Positions 10,658 to 20,562 are shown, counted from the stretch's first letter. The stretch is 64,000 nt of DNA from Acetobacteraceae bacterium (GCA_030041375.1 JASHOA010000022.1:106894-170893); one strand, 5' to 3'. Program-made: numbers and translations. Notes: generated by a model not told the origin, from the sequence alone.

Positions 10658-11506
10658 ATGGCTGAAGCCGCGAGAAGGGCGCGCGGCGCGAGCGTGGTTC
10701 CAGGTGCCGGAGGCTATCTCCGCGCCTGGCGCCAGCGGCGGCGCATGAGCCAGCTTGCGTTCGCACTCGAGGCGGAGATTTCGCAGCGTCATCTGAGCTT
10801 CCTCGAAAGCGGGCGGGCGGCGCCGAGCCGGGAGATGCTGCTGCATCTCGCGGAGCGGCTGGAGGTGCCGCTGCGCGAACGCAATGTCATGCTGCTGGCG
10901 GCCGGCTATGCGCCGATGTATGCAGAGCGGCCGCTGGACGATGCGGCGATGGCAGCCGCACGGCAGGCGATCGAGCGGGTCCTCGCGGGCCACGAGCCCT
11001 ATCCGGCGCTGGCCGTGGACCGGCACTGGAACCTGCTGCAAGGCAACGCCACGCTCGGCCTGCTGCTGGGCGGAGTCGCCGACCGTGCTCTGCTCGCCCC
11101 GCCGGTCAATGTGCTGCGTCTTGGATTGCACCCGAAGGGAATGGCCCCGCACATCGGCAATCTCGCCGAGTGGCGCCTGCACCTCCTGGAGAGACTGCGC
11201 CACCAGATCGCGGCGACCGGGGATGCGGTGCTGGCGGACCTGTTGCAGGAGCTTGTGGCCTATCCGGCGGAGGAAGACGCGGCAGCGAAGGCTGCCACGG
11301 CGCCAGCCGACCACGGTGGCGTGTTCGTGCCACTGACCCTGATGACGGAGGCGGGGCTGCTCACGTTCTTTTCAACGACGACGGTGTTCGGAGCCCCGGC
11401 CGACGTGACGTTGTCGGAACTGGCCCTGGAAGCGTTTTTTCCGGTGAACGCCGAGACGAAAGAACGGCTCGGCCGGCTTGCTGCGGGCATGGCTGCCGGG
11501 ACCTGA
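10658..11506 (+). CDS. XRE-family HTH regulator with MmyB-like ligand-binding domain
   Basis: 282 aa. HTH segment LRAWRQRRRMSQLAFALEAEISQRHLSFLESGRAAPS, followed by the EPYPALAVDRHWNLL block typical of MmyB-like regulators. Confidence 0.75.
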   Translation: MAEAARRARGASVVPGAGGYLRAWRQRRRMSQLAFALEAEISQRHLSFLESGRAAPSREMLLHLAERLEVPLRERNVMLLAAGYAPMYAERPLDDAAMAAARQAIERVLAGHEPYPALAVDRHWNLLQGNATLGLLLGGVADRALLAPPVNVLRLGLHPKGMAPHIGNLAEWRLHLLERLRHQIAATGDAVLADLLQELVAYPAEEDAAAKAATAPADHGGVFVPLTLMTEAGLLTFFSTTTVFGAPADVTLSELALEAFFPVNAETKERLGRLAAGMAAGT

Positions 11507-11580
11507 GGCGAGATGCTCGCGTGGTTGTCAACCTGCGGGTAACGCAGTCGCGACATAATGCGACCCGGAGGCCGACGGGT

Positions 11581-11877
11581 GTGTTGCGCGTCGCTATGAT
11601 CCCGGCGGTGCTGCTGCTGGCCGCGACCGCCGTGTGGGCCGAGCCGGGGCAACACCTGATGCTCGAGCTGAATCTCGGCGGCCTGCCGGGCGTGCCGCGG
11701 GGCGTGAATGGTCAGATTTTCGTGCCGGTGCCGGCCACTCCGCCGCCGCCCCAGGCGACAGCGCCAGTTCCGCCAGCAGACGTATTGCGCGGGCCGCCGG
11801 GCGACGTGCTGCATGGGCCGCCAGGCGACCCACTGACCGGGCGCCCGCCGCCCTCCCCGGACGTCATCCCGCCGTAG
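11581..11877 (+). CDS. Hypothetical small secreted Pro-rich protein (signal peptide plus D-V-L-x-G-P-P-G repeats)
   Basis: GTG 11581 has GGAG 10 nt upstream. MLRVAMIPAVLLLAATAVWA/EP looks like a Sec signal. The 3' 166 nt overlap the hpnK tail antisense. The two frames share the third codon position, so GC3 cannot discriminate. Confidence 0.35.
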   Translation: MLRVAMIPAVLLLAATAVWAEPGQHLMLELNLGGLPGVPRGVNGQIFVPVPATPPPPQATAPVPPADVLRGPPGDVLHGPPGDPLTGRPPPSPDVIPP

Positions 11878-12725
11878 CCGGGCAGGATCTCGGCAACGGA
11901 AACGAGCGCCAGCGCCACCATCGGGTCGAGGAGGGTGGCCAGTTCCGCCTCTTGCTGATAGGCGGGCATGAGTTTTTCGAGCAGCGGATCGCGCCGCGCG
12001 GCCGGGTGGAAGTAGAGTTCGGAAAGGCCCGCCGGCAGGTGCGGGGCGAGCGCGATGATGCGTTCCCTGGTCATTCGTCCGGACCAGGCGAGGCCGAAGA
12101 CGTGATCCGGCGCATTCATTCCCGCTTCGGACACACGCCGGCGGAGCCGGTCGGTCCAAAGTGCGAGTGTGCGTGCGGAAAGAGCAACGTTTCTGTCGCA
12201 GGCGGAAAGCACTGCGGGGGGCTCGGTTGGCACCCTGACGGCGTTGAGACCGAAGCCTCTGCCGATTTCGATCATGAGGCGGCCGACAGTTGGATGCAGA
12301 TGCATGTGCTTGTGCGCATCCGCGTGCTCGAGTGGAAGCCCGGTTGCAGCGAAGGCGGCAAACTGCGCGTGGATTTCGCGCGCGAGTTGGCGGCGAACGG
12401 AAGGGCGGAAGAAATAGCGGAGGCCGAGGCCGAGCTGATCCGAGGGGAACCACCCCTGCTCGTCCACCAGATCCGGGATTTGTTCCCGTGGCAGAACGGC
12501 GGGTCCTTCGATGAGCACGAGATGCAGCCCGACCCGCAGGCGTGGCAGGCGCCTGGCGCGGGCGATGGCGTCTTCGACGGCGGGTCCTGCCACCATCAGG
12601 CTGGCCGCGCCGAGGATGCCTTCCTTGTGCGCCCGTTCGACGGCTTCGTTCGCCGCGAGCGAAAGGCCAAAATCATCGGCCGTCAGAACGACCTGCCGGG
12701 AAAGGTGGGCCGAAGCGGGTGGCAC
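11712..12725 (-). CDS. hpnK: Hopanoid biosynthesis protein HpnK (YdjC/ChbG-type deacetylase) with an unusual ~50-aa Gly-rich C-terminal tail
   Basis: VVLTADDFGLS, DAHKHMH and YFHP motifs are present. Start assigned to GTG 12725, just after the hpnJ stop. The catalytic domain ends near 11870, and the frame stays open to 11712. Confidence 0.75.
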   Translation of the reverse strand: MPPASAHLSRQVVLTADDFGLSLAANEAVERAHKEGILGAASLMVAGPAVEDAIARARRLPRLRVGLHLVLIEGPAVLPREQIPDLVDEQGWFPSDQLGLGLRYFFRPSVRRQLAREIHAQFAAFAATGLPLEHADAHKHMHLHPTVGRLMIEIGRGFGLNAVRVPTEPPAVLSACDRNVALSARTLALWTDRLRRRVSEAGMNAPDHVFGLAWSGRMTRERIIALAPHLPAGLSELYFHPAARRDPLLEKLMPAYQQEAELATLLDPMVALALVSVAEILPGYGGMTSGEGGGRPVSGSPGGPCSTSPGGPRNTSAGGTGAVAWGGGGVAGTGTKI

Positions 12726-12730
12726 CGCCG

Positions 12731-14158
12731 TCAGGCGGCCTTGTGGCGCTCGCGCAGGAAGTGGAAGAATTCGATGCCTTCGCGCAGACGGCGGACGGCC
12801 ATTTCCGGACTCTGGACCATTTCGCCCAGGATCGAGGCGATCTTCGAGGCACGGAAATAGAAACGGCGATAAAATGTCTCGACGCTTTCGAAGATCTCCG
12901 TGTGCGAGAGATGGGCGTAGGAGAGCGGCGCGATCTGGATGCCGTGCTCGTCCACGAGTTCGGCGTGTCGGCCGTCGAGCCAGCCGTTCTCGAGCGCCTG
13001 GCGGTAGAGGAAGGTGCCGGGATAAGGGGCGGCGAGAGAAACCTGGAGCGTGTGCGGGTTGATTTCTGTCGCGAAGCGAATTGTCTCTTCGATCGTCTCC
13101 TTCGTTTCGCCCGGCAGCCCGAGGATGAAGGTGCCGTGGATGCGGATGCCGAGCCGGTGGCAATCCTGCGTGAAGCGCCTGGCGACCTCGATGCGCATGC
13201 CCTTCTTGATATTGTGGAGAATCTGCTGGTTGCCGCTTTCGTAGCCGACGAGCAGAAGGCGAAGGCCATTGTCCTTGAGAATCTTCAGCGTCTCGCGCGG
13301 CACGTTGGCCTTGGCGTTGCAGGACCAGGTGACACCGAGACGGCCGAGTTCGCGCGCGATCTCCTCGGCGCGGGGCAGGTTGTCGGTGAACGTGTCGTCG
13401 TCGAAGAAGAATTCCCGCGCCTGTGGGAAATAGCGCCTGGCGAGACGAATTTCCTCGGCGACGTGGCCGGGACTGCGCACGCGGTAGCGGTGTCCACCGA
13501 CGGTCTGCGGCCAGAGGCAGAAGGTGCAGCGCGATTTGCAGCCGCGGCCGGTGTAGAGGGAAATGTAAGGGTGCAGGAGGTAGCCGATGAAATAATTCTC
13601 GATCGTGAGATCGCGCTTGTAGACCTCGGTGACGAACGGAAGCTGATCCATGTCCTCGAGGATCGCGCGGTCAGGATTGTGGGCAATGCTGCCGTCCGGG
13701 CGGCGCCAGGACAGGCCGTCGATGGCGGCGAGCGCTCGGCCTTCCGCGACCTCCTTGATGGTGAAGTCGAACTCGGCACGGGCGACGAAATCGATAGCGC
13801 GGCTCGCCGCAAGGCTTTCTTCTGGCTGCACGGCAACCTTGGCGCCGACGAAGCCGACGAGCAGGTGGGGCTCGGCCTCTTTCAGCGCCTCTGCGACCTT
13901 GACATCGGCGGCGAAAGAGGGGGTCGAGGTGTGGATGACGCAAAGGTCGTAGCCGGCGGCCTCGCGCAGCACCTGGCGCAAGCGAATGCGCGCAGGTGGG
14001 GCATCGATCAGACGGCTGTGCGGAACGAGCGCGGCGGGCTGGGCGAGCCAGGTCGGATACCAGAAGGAGCGTATTTCGCGCCGCGCCTGATAGCGCGAGC
14101 CGGCGCCGCCGTCGAAGCCATCGAATGATGGCGGATGCAGGAACAGCGTCTTCATCAT
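12731..14158 (-). CDS. hpnJ: Hopanoid-associated radical SAM protein HpnJ
   Basis: 475 aa starting MMKTLFLHPPSFDGFDGGAGSRYQA. B12-like N-terminal domain and a CxxxCxxC-type cluster (GRGCKSRCTFCLWP). The start overlaps the hpnI stop (ATGATGA). Confidence 0.9.
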   Translation of the reverse strand: MMKTLFLHPPSFDGFDGGAGSRYQARREIRSFWYPTWLAQPAALVPHSRLIDAPPARIRLRQVLREAAGYDLCVIHTSTPSFAADVKVAEALKEAEPHLLVGFVGAKVAVQPEESLAASRAIDFVARAEFDFTIKEVAEGRALAAIDGLSWRRPDGSIAHNPDRAILEDMDQLPFVTEVYKRDLTIENYFIGYLLHPYISLYTGRGCKSRCTFCLWPQTVGGHRYRVRSPGHVAEEIRLARRYFPQAREFFFDDDTFTDNLPRAEEIARELGRLGVTWSCNAKANVPRETLKILKDNGLRLLLVGYESGNQQILHNIKKGMRIEVARRFTQDCHRLGIRIHGTFILGLPGETKETIEETIRFATEINPHTLQVSLAAPYPGTFLYRQALENGWLDGRHAELVDEHGIQIAPLSYAHLSHTEIFESVETFYRRFYFRASKIASILGEMVQSPEMAVRRLREGIEFFHFLRERHKAA

Positions 14159-15327
14159 TGGCCGGGGAGTCCTTTTTGGGGCGCGTGGGAAAGGCTTCCG
14201 CCACCCGGGCGCCCGGCGCGCAGCATCAGCCCTCGCCATTCTACGCGCCTGCCAGCGTAGCTGACCAGAAGAACGGCGAAGGAATAGAAGTCGCGGAGCG
14301 GAATGAGCCAGACCGGAAGCACGGGCGAAAGGCCGAGCGCGCGGTCGATCCCACGGGCGACTGCGGCGCGGACCACCCAGGCGATGAGGAAGAGCCCAAT
14401 GGACCACGGTGCGGCGGCCGAGATGGCCAGGGCCGCGAGGGCGATGGCCAGCGGATAGCGCAGCGCCGAGAGGGCGAATCCGGCCGGTGCAAGCAGGCGG
14501 ATGGTGCGCCCCCAGCGCACCTCGTGGCGGAAGAGCGCAGAGAAAGTCTGCTCGGGCACGGTAGTTGCCGAGACGGTCGCGGCCAGGGAGACGGCAAGAC
14601 CGAGGGCGAGGACGCGGCGGCCAAGCACGGCATCATCGGCGAGTTCGGATTGAAGAGCGGAAAGCCCGCCGGAACGCGCCAGGGTCTCGCGCGTGAGGGC
14701 GAGAGTGGCGCCAAGCGCGTCCTGGCGGCCAAGCGCGCGCGCGATCAGGGCGTCGGGGAGGAAGCCGTGCGTGATCTGGCTTGCACCAAGCCGCGCCGGC
14801 CAGCCCGGGACGCCGGGAAGGCCGGTATAGAGAGTGGTGGCGAGGCCGGTCGAGTGTGCCTCAAGGGCTGCGGCGAGGGCGTCGAGATAGCCGGCAGGCG
14901 CGTGCACGTCGGCGTCGGCGAAGACCAGGTGGTCGTACTTCGCCGCCGGCAACATGGAGATCAGGTTGCCGATCTTGCGATTCGGGGAGGGAGGCGCGCC
15001 GCCGGAGACGATGGCGATGTCGGCACCGGGGAAGCGGGCGGCAACGCGGCGGGCAACGGCGAGCGCGGAATCGGCGGGATCCGTGGCGCCGAGCACGATC
15101 TGGAACGCGGGATAGTCCTGTTCGCAGAGGGAGGCGAGCGCCTGTTCGAGGAGCGGTTCGTCACCGGCGAGCGGCTTCAGCACCGAAAACGGCGGGCGGG
15201 CGTTTGGGCGAGGCCCAGGGGGACCGAGGCGGCGGCGGGCGAAACGGCGGACCAGGAAGTAACCGGCCAGTACCTCGGCGAGGCCGACGACGACGAGGAG
15301 GCCGAGCAGACGCGCAACGAGGCTCAT
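14155..15327 (-). CDS. hpnI: Hopanoid-associated glycosyltransferase HpnI (GT2)
   Basis: 390 aa from ATG 15327. N-terminal TM helix, then VLKPLAGDEP..QDYP..IVLG..NRKIGNL and DADV motifs of the HpnI/ceramide-glucosyltransferase-like GT2 group. Confidence 0.85.
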   Translation of the reverse strand: MSLVARLLGLLVVVGLAEVLAGYFLVRRFARRRLGPPGPRPNARPPFSVLKPLAGDEPLLEQALASLCEQDYPAFQIVLGATDPADSALAVARRVAARFPGADIAIVSGGAPPSPNRKIGNLISMLPAAKYDHLVFADADVHAPAGYLDALAAALEAHSTGLATTLYTGLPGVPGWPARLGASQITHGFLPDALIARALGRQDALGATLALTRETLARSGGLSALQSELADDAVLGRRVLALGLAVSLAATVSATTVPEQTFSALFRHEVRWGRTIRLLAPAGFALSALRYPLAIALAALAISAAAPWSIGLFLIAWVVRAAVARGIDRALGLSPVLPVWLIPLRDFYSFAVLLVSYAGRRVEWRGLMLRAGRPGGGSLSHAPQKGLPGQ

Positions 15328-15358
15328 TTGCGCGCGGTCCGCCGCGAGGGAAGACGCA

Positions 15359-15988
15359 TCAGGAAAGGGCGCCGCCTGAGAGGGTTGCGACCTTCTTGCG
15401 CAGTGCGGCGACGAGCGCCGCGGCGCCACCGGAAGCAAGGAAGGAGTTGAAGTCGGAGCGCTGCACGGCGACCTGGCTGATAGTGCCATCGAGCAGGACG
15501 TCCACGGCCTGCCAGGCGGTGCCGTTCTGGAGCATCACGTAGTCAATCCGGTTGGGCTTGCCGCTTCGCGGGATGATGTGCGTTGTCACTACCTGCCGGG
15601 TGCCGACGGCGCGCAGATCCGGGAGGATGCGGAACTGCTGGCCGTCGTAGCTGTTGAAGTTCGCGACGTAACTGGCGACGGTGTAGCGGCGGAAGACGGC
15701 GAGCAGATCCTGTTGCTCTGCCGGCTTGAGCTGGTCCCAGCCGAACCCGACCGTGATGGCGACGATCCGCGGCAGGTCGAAGACCTTCATGACCACGGGT
15801 TCGAGCATGGCGAAGCGCCTGGCGAAGGGTGTTGCATCGCCGGCCTTCATCACCGCGATCAAGCCTTCGTCGAGAGCGGCGACGGGCGCCGAGACGGCGG
15901 CGAAATCTGCTGCCGCAGAGGCCGCTGCCGGCGCGAAGAGGGCGGCGAGCGCGGCCGAAAGAAGGAGCCTTCGATCAGGCAGCATCAT
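15359..15988 (-). CDS. hpnM: MlaC/Ttg2D-family lipid-binding protein HpnM
   Basis: About 209 aa with an RR-containing signal peptide ([25 protein letters not shown]). MlaC-like fold pattern. Alternative ATG at 16024. Overlaps the dxs 3' end. Confidence 0.7.
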   Translation of the reverse strand: MMLPDRRLLLSAALAALFAPAAASAAADFAAVSAPVAALDEGLIAVMKAGDATPFARRFAMLEPVVMKVFDLPRIVAITVGFGWDQLKPAEQQDLLAVFRRYTVASYVANFNSYDGQQFRILPDLRAVGTRQVVTTHIIPRSGKPNRIDYVMLQNGTAWQAVDVLLDGTISQVAVQRSDFNSFLASGGAAALVAALRKKVATLSGGALS

Positions 15989-17915
15989 GGGGCGAAGTGA
16001 GCCTGAGCCGGGCGGGGCGGACATCCTGGCCGAGCGCCTCGATCACGGTGGCAACGATATCGCGGGCGGTAAGGCCTGCGTCGGCAAGCTGCGCCTTCGG
16101 GGAATCGTGGTCGATGAAGCGATCGGGCATGGTCATTGGCCGGATCTTGAGGCCACGATCGAGCAGGCCACGGCGGGCGAGGTGATGCATCACTGCCGCG
16201 CCGAAGCCGCCGGCAGCGGCTTCCTCGATCGTGACCAGGACCGCGTGCTCCCGCGCCAGGCGTTCGATCAGCCGGTGATCGAGCGGCTTGGCGAAGCGGG
16301 CGTCGGCAACGGTAGCCGGCAGCCCGCGCGAGGAGAGCTCTTCGGCGGCGCGCATGGCATCGGCAAGACGGGGGCCGAGCGAGAGGATGGCAACTTTGCC
16401 GCCTTCGCGGAGGATGCGGCCGCGGCCGATCGGCAGCACTTGGCCTTGGGCGGGCAGCTGCACGCCGAATCCTTCGCCGCGGGGATAGCGAATCGCCGAA
16501 GGGCCGTCATCGATGGCGGCGGCGGTGGCGACCATGTGGACCAGTTCTGCCTCATCGGCGGCGGCCATCACGGTGAAGCCGGGGAGGCAGCCGAGATAGC
16601 AGACATCGAAGCTGCCGGCGTGGGTGGCACCGTCGGCGCCGACGAGGCCGGCGCGGTCGATCGCGAAGCGAACCGGCAGCCCCTGGATGGCGACGTCGTG
16701 CACCACCTGATCGTAGGCGCGCTGGAGGAAGGTCGAGTAGATGGCGGCAAATGGCTTCATGCCTTCTGTTGCCATGCCGGCACAGAAGGTCACGGCGTGC
16801 TGCTCGGCGATGCCGACGTCGAAACAGCGCTCGGGGAAGCGGTTGGCGAAACGGTCGAGGCCGGTGCCGGAGGGCATGGCGGCGGTGACGGCGACGATCG
16901 CGGGATCACGCTCGGCTTCGGCGATCAGCGCATCGGCGAAGACGCGCGTGTAGGTTGGTGGGCCAGGCGGGCCCTTGGCCTGCTCGCCGGTGACGACGTT
17001 GAACTTGGAGACGCCGTGATACTTGTCGGCCGAAGCTTCGGCCGGCAGATACCCTTTGCCTTTTTTTGTTACGATATGTAGCAGGATCGGGCCCCGTTCC
17101 TCGGCCTCGCGAACGTTACGCAGGATGGGCAACAAATGGTCGAGATTGTGGCCGTCGATCGGGCCGACGTAATAGAAGCCGAGTTCCTCGAAAAGTGTAC
17201 CGCCGGTCAGGATATTGCGCGCGAAGGTTTCGGCACGCTTGGCGGTGCGCTCGATCTGGCGGGGGAAGGCGCGGGCCATGCGCGCACCGAGTTCACGGAG
17301 ATTGAGGAAGGGACGCGAGGAGATCAGGCGGGAGAGATAGGCGCTCATCGCACCGACGGGGGGTGCGATCGACATGTCGTTGTCGTTGAGGATGACGAGC
17401 AGGCGCGAGCGCATCGCGCCGGCATTGTTGAGTGCCTCGTAGGCCATGCCGGCACTCATCGCGCCGTCGCCGATGACAGCGACGACATGACGATCGTTCT
17501 CGCCCTTGAGATCGCGCGCCACGGCCATGCCGAGGCTGGCGGAGATCGAGGTCGAGGAATGGGCGGCACCGAAGGGATCGTATTCGCTTTCGGCGCGCCG
17601 GGTGAAGCCGGACAGGCCGCCGCCCTGGCGCAACGTGCGGATGCGACCGCGCCGGCCGGTGAGAATTTTGTGGGGATAGGCCTGATGGCCGACGTCCCAG
17701 ACGAGGCGGTCGCGCGGCGTGTCGAAGACGGCATGCAGGGCGACCGTGAGTTCGACCACTCCGAGCGAGGCGCCGAGATGGCCACCGGTGGTGGAGACGA
17801 CGTCGATCGTCTCGGCACGCAACTCGGCGGCCAGGGCCTTGAGCTGCTCGGCAGAAAAGTTGCGGAGGTCCTGGGGAAAGTTCACCCGATCGAGAAGCGG
17901 TGTGCTGACCGCCAT
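15975..17915 (-). CDS. dxs: 1-deoxy-D-xylulose-5-phosphate synthase
   Basis: 646 aa from ATG 17915 ([51 protein letters not shown]). Confidence 0.95.
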   Translation of the reverse strand: MAVSTPLLDRVNFPQDLRNFSAEQLKALAAELRAETIDVVSTTGGHLGASLGVVELTVALHAVFDTPRDRLVWDVGHQAYPHKILTGRRGRIRTLRQGGGLSGFTRRAESEYDPFGAAHSSTSISASLGMAVARDLKGENDRHVVAVIGDGAMSAGMAYEALNNAGAMRSRLLVILNDNDMSIAPPVGAMSAYLSRLISSRPFLNLRELGARMARAFPRQIERTAKRAETFARNILTGGTLFEELGFYYVGPIDGHNLDHLLPILRNVREAEERGPILLHIVTKKGKGYLPAEASADKYHGVSKFNVVTGEQAKGPPGPPTYTRVFADALIAEAERDPAIVAVTAAMPSGTGLDRFANRFPERCFDVGIAEQHAVTFCAGMATEGMKPFAAIYSTFLQRAYDQVVHDVAIQGLPVRFAIDRAGLVGADGATHAGSFDVCYLGCLPGFTVMAAADEAELVHMVATAAAIDDGPSAIRYPRGEGFGVQLPAQGQVLPIGRGRILREGGKVAILSLGPRLADAMRAAEELSSRGLPATVADARFAKPLDHRLIERLAREHAVLVTIEEAAAGGFGAAVMHHLARRGLLDRGLKIRPMTMPDRFIDHDSPKAQLADAGLTARDIVATVIEALGQDVRPARLRLTSPHDAA

Positions 17916-18111
17916 ATCGCCCTCGCCCTCTGTTTGCGGCTGGCAGCCGCCAGTGACCTGGCGGCGCCGCCGATTCACCTTAAGACCCTACTCCTGGGCA
18001 GAGTTTCATGCCATAGCAAGTGGATGGCGGGCGGCAACCGGCGGTAGTCCGGCGGTTGCGTGAGGGGCCTGGAGGTGGCTTGACCGGCCTCGGGCCCGGA
18101 TGGAGGGGTGC

Positions 18112-19044
18112 ATGTTGCGCGTGATCCTGGCTCAGCCGCGGGGGTTCTGCGCGGGCGTGGAGCGAGCGATCGAGATCGTCGAGCGGGCGCTCAAGAAATT
18201 CGGGCCGCCGATCTATGTGCGGCATGAGATCGTGCACAACCGCTATGTGGTCGATGATCTCAGGACACGCGGAGCGGTGTTCGTGGACCAGCTTTCGGAA
18301 GTGCCGCGGGGCGCGCGCACGATCTTCAGCGCTCACGGCGTTGCCCGGATGGTGCAGGACGAGGCGGCACGGCGCGCACTGCCGGTGATCGATGCCACCT
18401 GCCCGCTGGTCGCCAAGGTGCACAACCAGGGTCGCCGTTATGCGGCCCAGGGGCGGGAGATCGTGCTGGTCGGCCATGCGGGACACGCAGAAGTAGAGGG
18501 CACGATCGGCCAGATCCCCGGCAAAGTGCACCTGGTGCAGACGGTCGAGGATGTGGCCAGGCTTGTGGTTTCCGACCCCACGAAGCTCGCCTATGTGACC
18601 CAGACGACACTCTCGGTCGATGATACGCGGAGCATCATTGCCGCGCTCGAGGCGCGGTTCCCCGGGATCGTCGGGCCGGATGTGCGGGATATCTGCTATG
18701 CGACGCAGAACCGCCAGCAGGCGGTGCGCGACCTGGCGCGGCAGGTGGACCTGATCCTGGTGGTCGGCTCGCGCAACAGTTCGAATTCCAACCGGCTGCG
18801 CGAGATCGGTGCCGAACTTGGCAGGCCGAGCTACCTGATCGACGATGCATCGGACCTTGATCCGGCCTGGTTTAGCGGGGTGAGCACGGTTGGCCTCACC
18901 GCCGGCGCCTCGGCGCCGGAGATGCTGGTGCAGGGCGTGCTTGACGGCCTGAGGCAGGTAGATGAGATCGAGGTTTCGATGATGGACGGGGTGGCGGAGG
19001 ATGTACGTTTCCGCTTTCCCGCCGAAGTTGCTGAAGTGGCTTGA
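18112..19044 (+). CDS. ispH: 4-hydroxy-3-methylbut-2-enyl diphosphate reductase
   Basis: [40 protein letters not shown] lies 4 nt upstream of ATG 18112. Alternative ATG at 18100. Confidence 0.92.
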   Translation: MLRVILAQPRGFCAGVERAIEIVERALKKFGPPIYVRHEIVHNRYVVDDLRTRGAVFVDQLSEVPRGARTIFSAHGVARMVQDEAARRALPVIDATCPLVAKVHNQGRRYAAQGREIVLVGHAGHAEVEGTIGQIPGKVHLVQTVEDVARLVVSDPTKLAYVTQTTLSVDDTRSIIAALEARFPGIVGPDVRDICYATQNRQQAVRDLARQVDLILVVGSRNSSNSNRLREIGAELGRPSYLIDDASDLDPAWFSGVSTVGLTAGASAPEMLVQGVLDGLRQVDEIEVSMMDGVAEDVRFRFPAEVAEVA

Positions 19045-19100
19045 CTTCGCAGTCCCTGGCTGACAACCGGGGGTAGAGAACGAGGGGGCAGGAATTCGCC

Positions 19101-20237
19101 ATGGGGGTGCCACTGAACCAGATGGTACGGGTTGGCGCCTATGTCGTCCGCCAGCATCTGGCCGGGCGGCAACGCTATCCGCTGGTGCTGATGCTGGAGC
19201 CGCTCTTCCGCTGCAATCTTGCCTGCGCAGGCTGCGGGAAGATCGATTACCCGGCGGCGATTCTCAATCAGAGGTTGTCGCCCGAAGAATGCTTCGCCGC
19301 GGTCGAGGAGTGCGGCGCGCCAGTGGTGGCGATCGCCGGCGGCGAGCCGCTTCTGCACAAGGAACTGCCGGAGATCGTCGAAGGGATCCTGGCGCGGGGA
19401 AAATTCGTCTATCTCTGCACCAATGCGCTCTTGATGGAGAAGCGGCTCGATCGCTTCCGTCCACACAAGAACTTCGCCTTCGACGTGCATCTCGACGGCG
19501 ATCAGGAGATGCACGATCGCTCGGTCTGCCAGGAAGGCGTGTATGAGCGGGCGGTCGCGGCGATCAAGGCGGCCAAGGCGAAGGGCTTCCGCGTCTGCAT
19601 CAACACGACGCTGTTCGACGGGGCGGATCCGGCACGGGTTGCCGATTTCCTTGACGAGGTCAAGAAGATCGGGCTGGACGGGGTGATGATTTCCCCCGGC
19701 TATGCCTACGAGCGGGCGCCGGATCAGCAGCATTTCCTCAACCGGCGCAAGGCGAAGGAGCTGTTCCGCGAGATTTTCCGCCGCGGGCGCGGCAAGGGCT
19801 GGAAGTTCAACCAGTCTGCCCTATTCCTCGATTTCCTGGCCGGCAACCAGCGCTATCGCTGCACGCCCTGGGGCAAGCCGACGCGCAACGTGTTCGGCTG
19901 GCAGCGGCCCTGCTACCTGCTGGGCGAGGGTTACGCGCGGACCTTCAGCGAGCTGATGGAGACGACGGACTGGGATCGCTACGGTACCGGCAATTATGAG
20001 AAATGCGCCGACTGCATGGTGCATTCGGGCTACGAGGCGACAGCGGTCAGCGACGCGGTGGCGCATCCCCTGAAGGCGTTGCGAGTGGCGCTGAGAGGCC
20101 CGCGGACCGAAGGCGAGATGGCGGAGGAGATTCCGATCGAGAACCAGCGCCCCGCCGAGCACGTGTTCAGCCGCCATGTCGAGCAGGCGATGGCGCGCCT
20201 GGCCGAGGGCAAGAAGCTGGCCGACGCCGCGGACTGA
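19101..20237 (+). CDS. hpnH: Adenosyl-hopene transferase HpnH (radical SAM)
   Basis: 378 aa. LEPLFRCNLACAGCGKIDYP radical-SAM cluster, and a C-terminal CADCMVHSGYE motif typical of HpnH. Confidence 0.9.
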   Translation: MGVPLNQMVRVGAYVVRQHLAGRQRYPLVLMLEPLFRCNLACAGCGKIDYPAAILNQRLSPEECFAAVEECGAPVVAIAGGEPLLHKELPEIVEGILARGKFVYLCTNALLMEKRLDRFRPHKNFAFDVHLDGDQEMHDRSVCQEGVYERAVAAIKAAKAKGFRVCINTTLFDGADPARVADFLDEVKKIGLDGVMISPGYAYERAPDQQHFLNRRKAKELFREIFRRGRGKGWKFNQSALFLDFLAGNQRYRCTPWGKPTRNVFGWQRPCYLLGEGYARTFSELMETTDWDRYGTGNYEKCADCMVHSGYEATAVSDAVAHPLKALRVALRGPRTEGEMAEEIPIENQRPAEHVFSRHVEQAMARLAEGKKLADAAD

Positions 20238-20314
20238 CGGCGCGGCGCAGGAATTGCGGAGTCCGTAGAGGGATCGCCGCGCCCGCCCGCGAGGGCAGGG
20301 GCGCGCGGCTTCAC

Positions 20315-20483
20315 AGTTCAGGTTGCGAGCTGATTGCCGATCGGCAGGCTCCTGATGCGCTTGCCGCTCGAGCAGCACTTGGTGCCGGTGAGGCCGAGTT
20401 CGCCCGTGAGCACCCGGAGCAGCGGTACGGAGAGGTCGCCATCATAGCTGTCGCTTCGTCCATTGACCTGAAGCGCGACCTAT
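20315..20483 (-). pseudogene. Deletion remnant of a second iorA-iorB copy (first ~37 codons of iorA' fused to last ~17 codons of iorB')
   Basis: 20373-20483 aligns nucleotide-for-nucleotide with the iorA 5' end at 26016-26126: (M)[34 protein letters not shown] versus [35 protein letters not shown]. 20315-20367 aligns with the iorB 3' end at 23343-23395. The start codon is destroyed (ATAGGTC versus ATGGTC). Confidence 0.85.
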
Positions 20484-20490
20484 CTCCCTC

Positions 20491-20532
20491 CAAACATAAA
20501 AATGGAGCGGCTGGCTTCACGCCAGCCGCTCC
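20491..20532 (-). terminator. Rho-independent terminator
   Basis: On the minus strand there is a perfect 12-bp stem GGAGCGGCUGGC/GCCAGCCGCUCC with a 5-nt loop, followed by AUUUUUAUGUUUG. It lies downstream of the PQQ-ADH gene. Confidence 0.8.
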
Positions 20533-20562
20533 GACACTCACAAGCTCGGTCCGCTGATCTTA

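Noticed and set aside
11260-12453. 397-aa minus ORF and 408-aa plus ORF (11634-12860) overlapping hpnK
   Set aside because: Both are out-of-frame shadows of the hpnK coding region. They are Arg/Pro/Gly-rich and have no domain motifs.
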